This document shows positions 51,250-62,000 of a stretch of DNA of 64,000 bases, one piece after another. The stretch lies in the IMG/VR virus record IMGVR_UViG_3300025724_000001, positions 40,721 to 104,720 of that record; one strand, 5' to 3'. Position 1 is the first letter of the stretch. Each line of letters starts with the position of its first letter. Both the position numbers and the translations under genes were made by a program. Source of the stretch: a virus. Taxonomy: Duplodnaviria > Caudoviricetes. The notes under the pieces are model-generated. The model was not told the DNA's origin and did no database searches. It saw only the letters and a list, made by a program, of their open reading frames with translations.

Positions 51250-52092
51250 ATGATAAGTTATATTGGCGGAAAAGCGCGTATTGGAAAATGGATTGTCCCA
51301 TTTATTCCGATGGATATTAAAACCTATGTTGAACCATTTTCGGGTATGTTTTGGGTGTTTTTTAATATGGATTTAAACAAATATCCGAAATTGGAAACGG
51401 TAGTTTATAATGATTTTAATAAATTAAATGCTAATCTTTTTCGTTGTTCAAAATATTATGATAGATTATTAGAGGAACTATCAAAATATCCAAGGCAACA
51501 ACGCAACGTAGTAAACACACCACCAGAATACGCACAGATATTTAGAAGATGTCAAAAAGAAGTGTTCGATCCAAGTTTGGTAATTGGTGATGAACCTAAT
51601 TTTGATGTTGCCGGTAAATATGTTTATGTATTAACACAAATATTTTCCGGGTCAAAGCCCGAAACATCAAAATATACAGATTATAAAGGGAAATATAGAT
51701 GTAAAGTTGATATTTTTGAAGATAAACTTCGACACCCCAAATATAGGGAACATCTTGATAATATAACATTTATTGAAGACGTGGACTTTGAAGACATACT
51801 TAAAAGATATGATTCGCCAAGCACGTATTTTTATCTCGATCCACCATATTGGAAAACAGAAAATTATTATTCGGCACATGATTTTGATAGTGATGATCAT
51901 CGTAGATTAGCTGAAAGATTGAAAAAAATAGAAGGAAAATTTAGTTTATCGTATTATGAATTTCCACAATTACTTAATTGGTATCCGAAAGACCAATATA
52001 GATGGGAATCTAAAGGATTTATGAAAGCGGCGGCAGCAAAAGAAGGTGTTCCACAAAACATAGGAATGGAATTGCTTATTATGAATTATTAA
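51250..52092 (+). CDS. Dam-like (D12 class) DNA adenine methyltransferase
   Basis: YIGGK, YVEPFSG, YNDFN, FYLDPPY motifs. Confidence 0.9.
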   Translation: MISYIGGKARIGKWIVPFIPMDIKTYVEPFSGMFWVFFNMDLNKYPKLETVVYNDFNKLNANLFRCSKYYDRLLEELSKYPRQQRNVVNTPPEYAQIFRRCQKEVFDPSLVIGDEPNFDVAGKYVYVLTQIFSGSKPETSKYTDYKGKYRCKVDIFEDKLRHPKYREHLDNITFIEDVDFEDILKRYDSPSTYFYLDPPYWKTENYYSAHDFDSDDHRRLAERLKKIEGKFSLSYYEFPQLLNWYPKDQYRWESKGFMKAAAAKEGVPQNIGMELLIMNY

Positions 52093-52106
52093 TCTATTTA
52101 TAGTAG

Positions 52107-52427
52107 ATGGATACTTCAAAAAAAATATCACCAGAAGTTTTAATTTATATTCAAAATCTAAAACAGTTTTTTAGTAATAATAAAAGTGCCTTGGAGTATT
52201 TTGATATTGATGATAATTTTGATGAATTTTATGAACAATTAGCAAATATTTCACAAAAAAATTTTGATGAAACAGGTGAACCGGAACTATCAATATTTCA
52301 ACTTGAAACATTAAGACATAAAATCGCAAATCCTATACAAATAAAAAGATCTGATGATGGTCGAGAATTACTGACTGGTGCGATTTTTTTAAAGAACGGT
52401 AATTTTGATATGATCTGTTTAAATTAA
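52107..52427 (+). CDS. Hypothetical protein
   Basis: 106-aa ORF with TATTTAT upstream. Confidence 0.55.
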   Translation: MDTSKKISPEVLIYIQNLKQFFSNNKSALEYFDIDDNFDEFYEQLANISQKNFDETGEPELSIFQLETLRHKIANPIQIKRSDDGRELLTGAIFLKNGNFDMICLN

Positions 52428-52433
52428 TTTTTC

Positions 52434-52703
52434 GTGATTACAATATATGTTTTTACATTACCTGGTTGTTTGGCATGTACAATACTTAAATCTTCGTTGA
52501 ATCGTGAAAATGTATCGTTTATTGATGTTGACATAACAATAAATAAAGATTTGTGGAATTATATTCGTAATCAAGGCGTTTCTGATTTTTTACCGGCAAT
52601 TTTTATTAAATCGTCGGAAAGTGATGATGGTGATTTTTATTCCATGAATGTCCATTTTAATGAAACACAACAAATAGTGGATATAATAAAGAACAATTAT
52701 TAG
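52434..52703 (+). CDS. Glutaredoxin/NrdH-like redoxin
   Basis: 89 aa; VFTLPGCLAC CxxC; LPAIFI cis-Pro region. Confidence 0.7.
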   Translation: MITIYVFTLPGCLACTILKSSLNRENVSFIDVDITINKDLWNYIRNQGVSDFLPAIFIKSSESDDGDFYSMNVHFNETQQIVDIIKNNY

Positions 52704-52756
52704 TACAAATAACCCAAAAAAATCATTCATTTTTGTTAACATAACTTTTATAAAAG

Positions 52757-52786
52757 TATTTATCTGAAAGTAACTTCAGATAAATG
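52757..52786 (+). promoter_or_regulatory. Late-promoter motif inside an 11-bp hairpin that covers the start codon
   Basis: ATTTATCTGAA (52758-52768) pairs with TTCAGATAAAT (52775-52785); ATG at 52784. Confidence 0.65.
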
Positions 52787-55700
52787 GCTTTGCAAAAAAT
52801 AAACTGGACACAAATTGATTCCGCCAATGTTCCGTCTGGTACTACTGTTGATTTAGGTTCGACACAAACACCAATTGATAATACGTTTGTAAAAACATTA
52901 TATATTGGTGAATATGAGAATCCTGACATATTACATAATTTTCATTGGTATTTAAGTGGTTTAACACCATGTACTGGGGAGACTGGATCTAGTGGAACAT
53001 CTGGAACTTCGGGTGTGAGTGGTGATTTGTATACAACCACATCAAATTCAATATTAACAATATCTGCCGGATCTAAAACACTTATAGTTGAACCGGATTT
53101 ATCTTATGTTCCGGGGCACACAATAGTCATTGGTCATTCAGCATCAAATTATATGAGAGGTATTGTTAGTTCATATAATAGTACTACAGGACAACTTATT
53201 GCTATTATTTCAACTGTTGTTGGGTCTGGAACTTACAATACATGGGGTGTTGGTTTAACTAGTGTACCGGGACCTTCTGGTTCTTCAGGTACAAGCGGTA
53301 CTTCTGGTAGTTCTGGATTATCTGGTGTAGATGGCACATCAGGTTCTTCTGGTATAAGTGGTGTTGATGGAAGTTCTGGAACATCTGGCACATCTGGTTC
53401 TTCTGGTATAAGTGGTGTTGATGGTACGTCCGGTTCTAGTGGTACGTCCGGATTGTCTGGTGTTGATGGAACACCCGGTTCTAGTGGATCTTCAGGTACA
53501 AGTGGTACTTCTGGTAGTTCTGGTATTTCTGGTGTTGACGGTTCGTCGGGTACGAGCGGAACATCGGGATTAAGTGGTGATTTATTTAGTACTGTTTCCA
53601 ATTCTTCGTTAACTTTAGGTACTGGTATTCAGTTTCTTATAGTTGAACGTGGATTATCATATGTGACAGGACAAAGAGTAGTTGTTGCTTATGATAGTAC
53701 CAATTATATGTTAGGTATTGTTGATTCATATGATCCACAAACAGGACTTTTAGTGGTTAATTCACAATTAATTAATGGATCAGGTACATATAATGAATGG
53801 TCAGTCGGTTTAGCTGGTATATCAGGTGAAGATGGTACTTCAGGAACAAGTGGTACATCTGGTAGTGGTGGTTCTTCGGGTAGTTCTGGAAGTTCGGGTA
53901 CTTCTGGTATTGCGGGAACATCCGGTTCTAGTGGTACGTCAGGTTTATCTGGTGTTGATGGTACACCCGGATCTAGTGGCACGTCAGGTACAAGTGGATT
54001 AGAAGGCGTTGAGGGACATTTGGCTATATGGAGATATTCTGAAGTTATGAATACATCCATAAATCCTGGCGTGGGTTTTTTTACATTGGATGCTCCTGAC
54101 TGGGGTGTGTCACCAAATTATATTGCAATAAGTGATACTGGTTTTACACCAAATTTAGATTTTATAACATATCTTGATTCTTTACAAACAGGAACGATTA
54201 TAAAACTTATTAAGAAGAATGATGCCACTGTTTTAAAATATCTTGAAATAATATCTTTAGAACCATATGAACTTGGATTTGAAAGATATGGTGTAACACA
54301 AATTGCTGGTACGGGTGCTGATCCAATGAATGGTGATGAATTTCTGGTGTTAATGACAGGAATGAGGGGTGCTACAGGAATTTCGGGAACATCAGGAACG
54401 TCAGGTTCGAGTGGCCAAGATGGTACTAGTGGTACTTCTGGTATAAGAGGTGCGGATGGTACATCTGGTACGTCGGGAACGTCGGGAGTTAGAGGTTTAC
54501 CTGGTATACCGGGTTCATCTGGTACGTCAGGAACTTCGGGTGTCAGAGGTTTACCAGGACTACCGGGAACGTCTGGTTCTTCTGGTACATCAGGATCAAG
54601 TGGTGTTAGTGGTAGTAGTGGTACATCTGGTTCAAGTGGCATTGAAGGACATCTGGCTATTTGGAGATATTCTAATGTTTTAAATACAGCAATAAATCCA
54701 GGTTTGGGGTATTTCACTTTGGACGCACCAAACTGGGGTATGAGTCCAACAACGATAGCAATTAGTGATACTGGTTATACACCAAATTTATCTTTTGAAA
54801 CATATATAGACACAATATCTAATGGATCTATTATAAAGATTATAAAGGTACAAGATGGGACGGTTTTAAAATATCTTCAAGTAGTTGGAAATCCGGTATA
54901 TGAAAATGGGTATGAACGATTTAATGTTATACAAATTGCTGGGACTGGTGATAATCCTTTACAAGACGATGAATTCACAATTACTGTTATTAGTGGTGCT
55001 GGTGGCGGTACTTATACTGGTGATACATCGTGTGAACTCACTGAATGTGATAATGGTGGTATAGTATTAGAAGAAACACCTGATGGTTATTCAATATGTA
55101 CGTTATATAATTCTAGACTTGATCCTCTTTTAGCGACACCAGAATCTGTTGGTGGAATACCAGTAGGTACTACTGTTAGTCAATTAACCGGCAAAACTTT
55201 GGTTGAAATTGTTGATGATTTATTATTCCCAGCTGTTTTACCGACATATACGATTCCTACAATAGCATTAAATGGTGTTACGAGTGGTATTCGAGAAGTT
55301 GGGTGGACACTTACATCTGATTTGAGAACATATGGTATTAAAAATGATGCTGGTCCATATACACAAATGAGAGTGTTAAGAAATGGTTCACCATTATTAA
55401 CCGACACAACACTAACACAGTCACCAGCAACAGCAATACCAAGTCAATTTGGTTATCCTGATCCAAACAATCCAAACTATCGTTATGATAGTGATATACA
55501 TTCAGAATCATATGTAATTCCATTAGGTTCAACAACATATCGTGGTGATGGTAATTATAATGCGGGGTTACCTAAGCAAGATAATAAAGGTAATGTTGAT
55601 ACAAGACCATTTGCTGTTCGAACAACATCGGCGCCACAGTCAGCAGCGAATCTTTTTGTCACATCCACATATACAATAACTGGTATATATCCATATTTCT

Positions 55701-56047
55701 GGGGTGTATCTTCCGAATTACCAACAGCAGAAATGATTGCGTCAATCATATCTGGTGGTACTGCAAATAAAGTATTATCACAAGCATCGGGTACGTTGAG
55801 TATTAATTATAACATACCGAGCTCGTGGTTATATATATGGGTTGCATATCAATCAAATTATACAACAAAAACTAAGTGGTATATCACGGCATTAAATAAT
55901 GGTGATATAGATGGTAGTTTTATAACAATAGCAACGACACAATTAGTCAATAGTCCTGATAATTATTGGAATGGCATAAACTTTAAAATGCATTGGAGTG
56001 TATATCCAACACAATTGGATTCGCCAATAGAATATAGAAATACTTAA
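52784..56047 (+). CDS. Fibre-like protein with Gly-X-Ser repeats and two pairs of duplicated globular domains
   Basis: 1087 aa; (G-[ST]-S)n tracts; domain A at about 53021 and 53576; domain B (EGHLAIWRYS...) at about 54011 and 54644. Confidence 0.8.
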   Translation: MALQKINWTQIDSANVPSGTTVDLGSTQTPIDNTFVKTLYIGEYENPDILHNFHWYLSGLTPCTGETGSSGTSGTSGVSGDLYTTTSNSILTISAGSKTLIVEPDLSYVPGHTIVIGHSASNYMRGIVSSYNSTTGQLIAIISTVVGSGTYNTWGVGLTSVPGPSGSSGTSGTSGSSGLSGVDGTSGSSGISGVDGSSGTSGTSGSSGISGVDGTSGSSGTSGLSGVDGTPGSSGSSGTSGTSGSSGISGVDGSSGTSGTSGLSGDLFSTVSNSSLTLGTGIQFLIVERGLSYVTGQRVVVAYDSTNYMLGIVDSYDPQTGLLVVNSQLINGSGTYNEWSVGLAGISGEDGTSGTSGTSGSGGSSGSSGSSGTSGIAGTSGSSGTSGLSGVDGTPGSSGTSGTSGLEGVEGHLAIWRYSEVMNTSINPGVGFFTLDAPDWGVSPNYIAISDTGFTPNLDFITYLDSLQTGTIIKLIKKNDATVLKYLEIISLEPYELGFERYGVTQIAGTGADPMNGDEFLVLMTGMRGATGISGTSGTSGSSGQDGTSGTSGIRGADGTSGTSGTSGVRGLPGIPGSSGTSGTSGVRGLPGLPGTSGSSGTSGSSGVSGSSGTSGSSGIEGHLAIWRYSNVLNTAINPGLGYFTLDAPNWGMSPTTIAISDTGYTPNLSFETYIDTISNGSIIKIIKVQDGTVLKYLQVVGNPVYENGYERFNVIQIAGTGDNPLQDDEFTITVISGAGGGTYTGDTSCELTECDNGGIVLEETPDGYSICTLYNSRLDPLLATPESVGGIPVGTTVSQLTGKTLVEIVDDLLFPAVLPTYTIPTIALNGVTSGIREVGWTLTSDLRTYGIKNDAGPYTQMRVLRNGSPLLTDTTLTQSPATAIPSQFGYPDPNNPNYRYDSDIHSESYVIPLGSTTYRGDGNYNAGLPKQDNKGNVDTRPFAVRTTSAPQSAANLFVTSTYTITGIYPYFWGVSSELPTAEMIASIISGGTANKVLSQASGTLSINYNIPSSWLYIWVAYQSNYTTKTKWYITALNNGDIDGSFITIATTQLVNSPDNYWNGINFKMHWSVYPTQLDSPIEYRNT

Positions 56048-56054
56048 TATATAG

Positions 56055-59000
56055 ATGGCTATAAATCTTAACGACAATATTAATTTAAAGGCTCCAAAAA
56101 TTTTAGATTGGAGATACGGTCCTTGGGTTAGTGTTTTAGAGGCAAATACAAGTATATCATTAGAACAAAGACAACGAGGGTTAACTGTTGGTATATTGTC
56201 TGGTACTGGTATTAACGAATATTGGTATTATGCTGGAATAACTGATTCTGATTTAATATTAAAAACTATTGGTGGCGGCTCAGGCGAATCTGGTACATCT
56301 GGTACATCAGGCACTAGTGGTGAATCTGGAACTTCGGGCACTAGTGGTAGTTCAGGTTCTTCGGGTATTTCTGGTATTGACGGTTCATCTGGTACATCTG
56401 GAACGTCTGGAACAAGTGGAAGTAGTGGTGAATCTGGTAGTTCGGGAACATCTGGTATTGATGGTACATCTGGAACGTCTGGAACAAGTGGAAGTAGTGG
56501 CGAATCTGGTAGTTCAGGAACATCTGGTATTGATGGCTCATCTGGTACATCAGGGACAAGTGGTAGTTCGGGTATATCAGGTATAGATGGTTCATCAGGT
56601 ACATCTGGCAGTTCGGGATCTAGTGGTAGTTCTGGAACTAGTGGTTCTTCTGGATTTTCTGGAACTGATGGTAGTTCTGGAACATCAGGTAGTTCGGGTT
56701 CGAGTGGTTCGTCGGGGATATCTGGTGATAGATATATGGCGACATCAACAGACACGTTAACGATTAGTGGTGGTACACAAACTTTAAATATTGGTAGTGG
56801 TTATTCATATAGTGCTGGACAATCATTGGTGATTGGTTATGATAGTTCGAACTATATGACGGGTATGGTTTCATCATATGATCCGGTAACCGGTATTTTG
56901 GTTGGGAATATTGTAGATGTAACAGGATCTGGCACATATAGTGAATGGGATATAAATTTAGCGGGTGCTCAAGGTGCTGATGGTTCCAGTGGTAGTTCGG
57001 GTACATCTGGAACATCAGGTTTATCAGGTTCTTCTGGAACTTCTGGAAGTGGTGGTACTTCAGGAACAAGTGGTAGTTCAGGATCTTCAGGTATTTCTGG
57101 TATTGACGGATCATCGGGTACTAGTGGTGAGTCTGGTACTTCAGGTACTAGTGGTAGTTCTGGTATTGACGGATCATCAGGCACGTCTGGTAGTTCTGGT
57201 TTGTCTGGAGTTGACGGTACTTCGGGAAGCTCGGGTTCATCTGGGACGAGTGGTTCTTCAGGCACTAGTGGTGGATCTGGTTTTGATGGAACATCTGGAA
57301 GTTCTGGTTCATCTGGAACATCAGGAACTAGTGGTACGTCAGGATTAAGTGGTAGTTCTGGTACATCTGGTAGTTCGGGATCAAGTGGTTCATCTGGATT
57401 ATCTGGCGATAGATATTTGGCAACATCAACAAACACGTTAACAATTAGTGGTGGAACACAAACATTAAATATAGGTACTGGATATTCATATAGTGCGGGT
57501 CAATCATTAGTTATTGGTTATGATAGCACAAATTATATGACGGGTATGGTATCGTCATATGATCCAATGACAGGCGAATTAGTTGGTGATATTATAGATG
57601 TTACAGGATCTGGCACATATAGTGAATGGGATATAAATTTAGCTGGCGCTCAAGGCGCTGATGGCTCTTCGGGTACATCTGGCACATCAGGAACGTCTGG
57701 TATATCAGGTAGTTCTGGTACTTCAGGTAGTTCTGGTAGTAGTGGAACATCTGGTTTAAGTGGATCATCCGGAACGAGCGGTAGTTCTGGCATAACGGGT
57801 GAAGATGGTTCTTCGGGTACGTCTGGTACTAGTGGTAGTTCAGGAACAAATGGTTCATCAGGTACATCAGGATCGAGTGGATCAGATGGTTCATCTGGAA
57901 CAAGTGGATCGTCTGGTAGTAGTGGTATTGATGGTTCATCAGGAACAAGTGGTTCATCTGGTAGTGGTGGCACATCTGGAACAAGCGGTAGTTCTGGTAT
58001 ATCTGGTGTTGATGGCACATCGGGTAGTTCTGGTAGTAGTGGTACATCAGGATCAGGTGGTTCATCAGGAACAAGCGGTAGTTCTGGCAGTTCGGGCACA
58101 AGTGGGAGTTCTGGTTCATCAGGAACAAGTGGCAGTTCTGGAACATCAGGAAATAGTGGGACATCTGGTAGTTCGGGTTCGTCTGGTACTAGTGGAACTT
58201 CAGGGAGTTCTGGTTCATCAGGAACAAGTGGTTCGTCAGGTAGTTCCGGCACCTCTGGATCAAGTGGTAGTTCAGGAACAAGCGGCTCGTCTGGAACTAG
58301 TGGTAGTTCAGGGAGTTCGGGTACATCAGGATCGAATGGGTCATCTGGCACTTCAGGCACTTCAGGTTCTAGTGGTAGTAGTGGCTCGTCGGGATTTTCT
58401 GGTGACAGATATTTAGCCACATCAACGGATACGTTAACAATTAGTGGTGGAACACAAACATTAAATATTGGTACTGGTTATTCATACAGTGCCGGACAGT
58501 CTTTGGTTATTGGACATGACGGCACAAATTATATGACAGGAATAGTTTCGTCATACGATCCGATAACAGGATTAATGGTTGGAGACATTCAAACTGTCGA
58601 AGGATCTGGTACATATAGTGAATGGGATATAAATTTAGCTGGAGCACAGGGGGCTGATGGTTCAAGTGGTTCATCTGGTTCATCAGGCACATCAGGTGTG
58701 TCAGGTTCATCTGGATCTTCTGGATCTTCTGGAACGAGCGGAACATCAGGTAGTTCTGGAAGTTCAGGTACAAATGGTTCGTCTGGAACTAGTGGTAGTA
58801 GTGGATCATCCGGTACGTCTGGATCAAGTGGCTCGTCTGGAACTAGTGGTAGTTCTGGAAGTTCGGGTACATCAGGATCAAGTGGATCAGATGGTTCGTC
58901 TGGAACTAGCGGTAGTAGTGGCTCATCAGGATCGTCTGGTACGTCTGGATCAAGCGGCTCGTCTGGAACTAGTGGTAGTTCTGGAAGTTCGGGTACATCA

Positions 59001-62000
59001 GGATCAAGTGGATCGGCCGGATCGTCAGGAACTTCAGGTACTAGTGGTTCTAGTGGCTCATCTGGTACAAGTGGTTCATCAGGATCATCGGGTACTAGTG
59101 GTTCTAGTGGTAGTTCTGGTTTATCTGGTAGTAGTGGCACGTCAGGATCATCGGGTAGTTCTGGAACTAGTGGAACATCGGGGAGTTCTGGAAGCTCTGG
59201 TACATCTGGTTCTAGTGGTAGTTCTGGAACAAGTGGTTCATCAGGATCTAGTGGTAGTTCCGGTACTTCAGGATCAAGTGGTTCAAATGGTAGTTCTGGT
59301 ACTTCGGGTACTAGTGGTACATCAGGAAGTTCAGGTTCATCTGGAACATCCGGTAGTTCAGGTTCATCTGGTACTTCTGGTTCTAGTGGTAGTTCTGGAA
59401 CAAGTGGCTCGTCTGGAACATCCGGTAGTTCTGGTTCATCTGGTACTTCAGGATCAAGTGGTTCGGATGGTAGTTCTGGTACTTCTGGTTCTAGTGGTAG
59501 TAGTGGCTCGTCAGGTTTTTCTGGTGATAGATATTTGGCCACATCAACTGATACATTAACGATTAGCGGTGGAACACAAACTTTAAATATAGGAACCGGA
59601 TACTCATATAGTGCTGGACAATCATTGGTTATTGGTCATGATGGTACTAATTATATGACTGGTATTGTTTCATTTTATGATCCAACAACTGGATTAATGG
59701 TTGGAGATATTCAAACTATTGAAGGATCTGGCACATATAATGAATGGGATATAAATTTAGCTGGTGCTCAAGGTGCTGACGGATCAAGTGGTTCATCTGG
59801 AACATCGGGGACATCAGGTATATCGGGTAGTTCGGGTACATCAGGATCTTCTGGAACGAGCGGAACATCTGGAAGTTCTGGTAGTTCGGGTATAAGTGGT
59901 AGTAGTGGAACATCAGGAAGTTCTGGGTCGTCGGGAACTTCTGGTTCAAGTGGATCGTCTGGAACTAGCGGCAGCTCTGGTTCATCTGGAACATCAGGTT
60001 CTAGTGGTTCTGACGGATCATCTGGCACTAGTGGTAGTAGTGGATCATCGGGAACATCGGGTTCTAGTGGCTCCGATGGGTCTTCTGGTACATCTGGTTC
60101 TAGTGGTTCTGACGGATCATCTGGCACTAGTGGTAGTTCAGGATCATCAGGAACTAGTGGTATAGATGGTTCATCTGGAACATCTGGTTCGTCGGGTATA
60201 AGTGGATCATCAGGAACTAGCGGATCTTCAGGTAGTGGTGGTTCATCTGGCACGTCAGGAACTAGTGGTAGTTCGGGTTCAAGTGGTAGTGCGGGGTCTT
60301 CTGGTAGTAGCGGTACATCAGGAAGTTCTGGAACATCAGGTTCATCTGGAACAAGTGGGTCGTCTGGTAGTAGTGGTGTGTCGGGAACTGATGGTTCATC
60401 AGGAACGTCTGGGTCTAATGGTTCTGACGGTTCTTCTGGTACTAGTGGAACATCTGGCGTAAGTGGTTCATCTGGCACTAGTGGTAGTTCAGGTTCATCT
60501 GGGACTAGTGGGAACTCTGGAACGTCAGGGACATCTGGCTCTAGTGGTTCAGATGGGTCTTCTGGTACTAGTGGCACATCAGGTTCAGGTGGAACATCTG
60601 GATCGTCAGGAAGTTCCGGAACTAGTGGTAGTAGTGGATCATCTGGTAGTTCTGGAACTAGTGGTAGTTCTGGGTTATCAGGAACATCTGGAAGTTCAGG
60701 AAGTTCTGGTACAAGTGGGTCTGATGGTTCATCTGGAACATCGGGAACAAGTGGAACATCAGGATCATCAGGTACTTCTGGAAGTAGTGGTTCATCTGGT
60801 ACTAGTGGCACGTCAGGTAGTAGTGGATCTTCTGGTACAAGCGGATCGTCGGGTAGTTCGGGTACGTCAGGATCAAGTGGTACATCTGGCACATCAGGTA
60901 GTTCGGGGTCATCTGGAACATCTGGGTGGTCGGGTGATAGATATTTGGCCACATCGACTGATACCTTAACAATTGGTTATGGAACACAAACTTTAAATAT
61001 TGGTAGTGGTTATTCATATAGTGCAGGACAATCATTAATTATTGGTTATGACAGTTCAAATTATATGACTGGTATTGTTTCGTCATATAATCCAGTAACT
61101 GGTGTTTTAGTTGGTAATGTATTAGATGTAACAGGATCTGGCACATATAGTGAATGGGATATAAATTTAGCTGGCGCTCAAGGCGCTGATGGCTCTTCGG
61201 GTACATCTGGCACATCAGGATCAAGTGGATCGGTCGGATCATCAGGAACTTCAGGTACTAGTGGTTCTAGTGGTTCATCGGGTAGCTCAGGAACATCTGG
61301 TAGTTCAGGTATTTCTGGTATTGATGGTTCATCTGGAACATCTGGTTCGGGTGGTAGTAGTGGGACATCTGGTAGTTCTGGTTCATCTGGAACATCTGGT
61401 AGTTCTGGTTCTTCGGGTATATCTGGAACTAGTGGTACATCGGGAAGTTCGGGGAGTTCGGGTACTAATGGTTCATCTGGAACATCTGGTAGTTCTGGTA
61501 CATCTGGAAGTTCAGGAACTAGTGGTTTAGATGGTTCGTCAGGTACTAGTGGTACGTCTGGATCTAGTGGATCAAATGGTTCGTCAGGTACTAGTGGTAC
61601 ATCTGGAAGTTCTGGTAGCTCTGGAACGTCAGGTAGTTCTGGAACAAGTGGTTCTTCGGGTAGTTCTGGCACATCTGGTTCTAGTGGTGTTAGTGGGTCT
61701 TCAGGTACATCTGGAAGCTCGGGATCAAGTGGTGTAGATGGTACCTCTGGTACAAGCGGAACATCAGGAACTGGTGTTTCTGGAACAACATATAATGATT
61801 TTTATTATGATCCCGACACAAAAACGTTGTTTGTTTCAAATATACATTTAACTGGTTCTTCAATTACAGCAACCAATATTCCCGTTGTAGAAGATACAGG
61901 AACAAAATTGGTATTAAGTGGTAATGTTATATGTGAAGTTACAAATATAACTACTGGCACATCAGGAACTAGTGGAACTTCTGGTAGTTCTGGTATTTCA

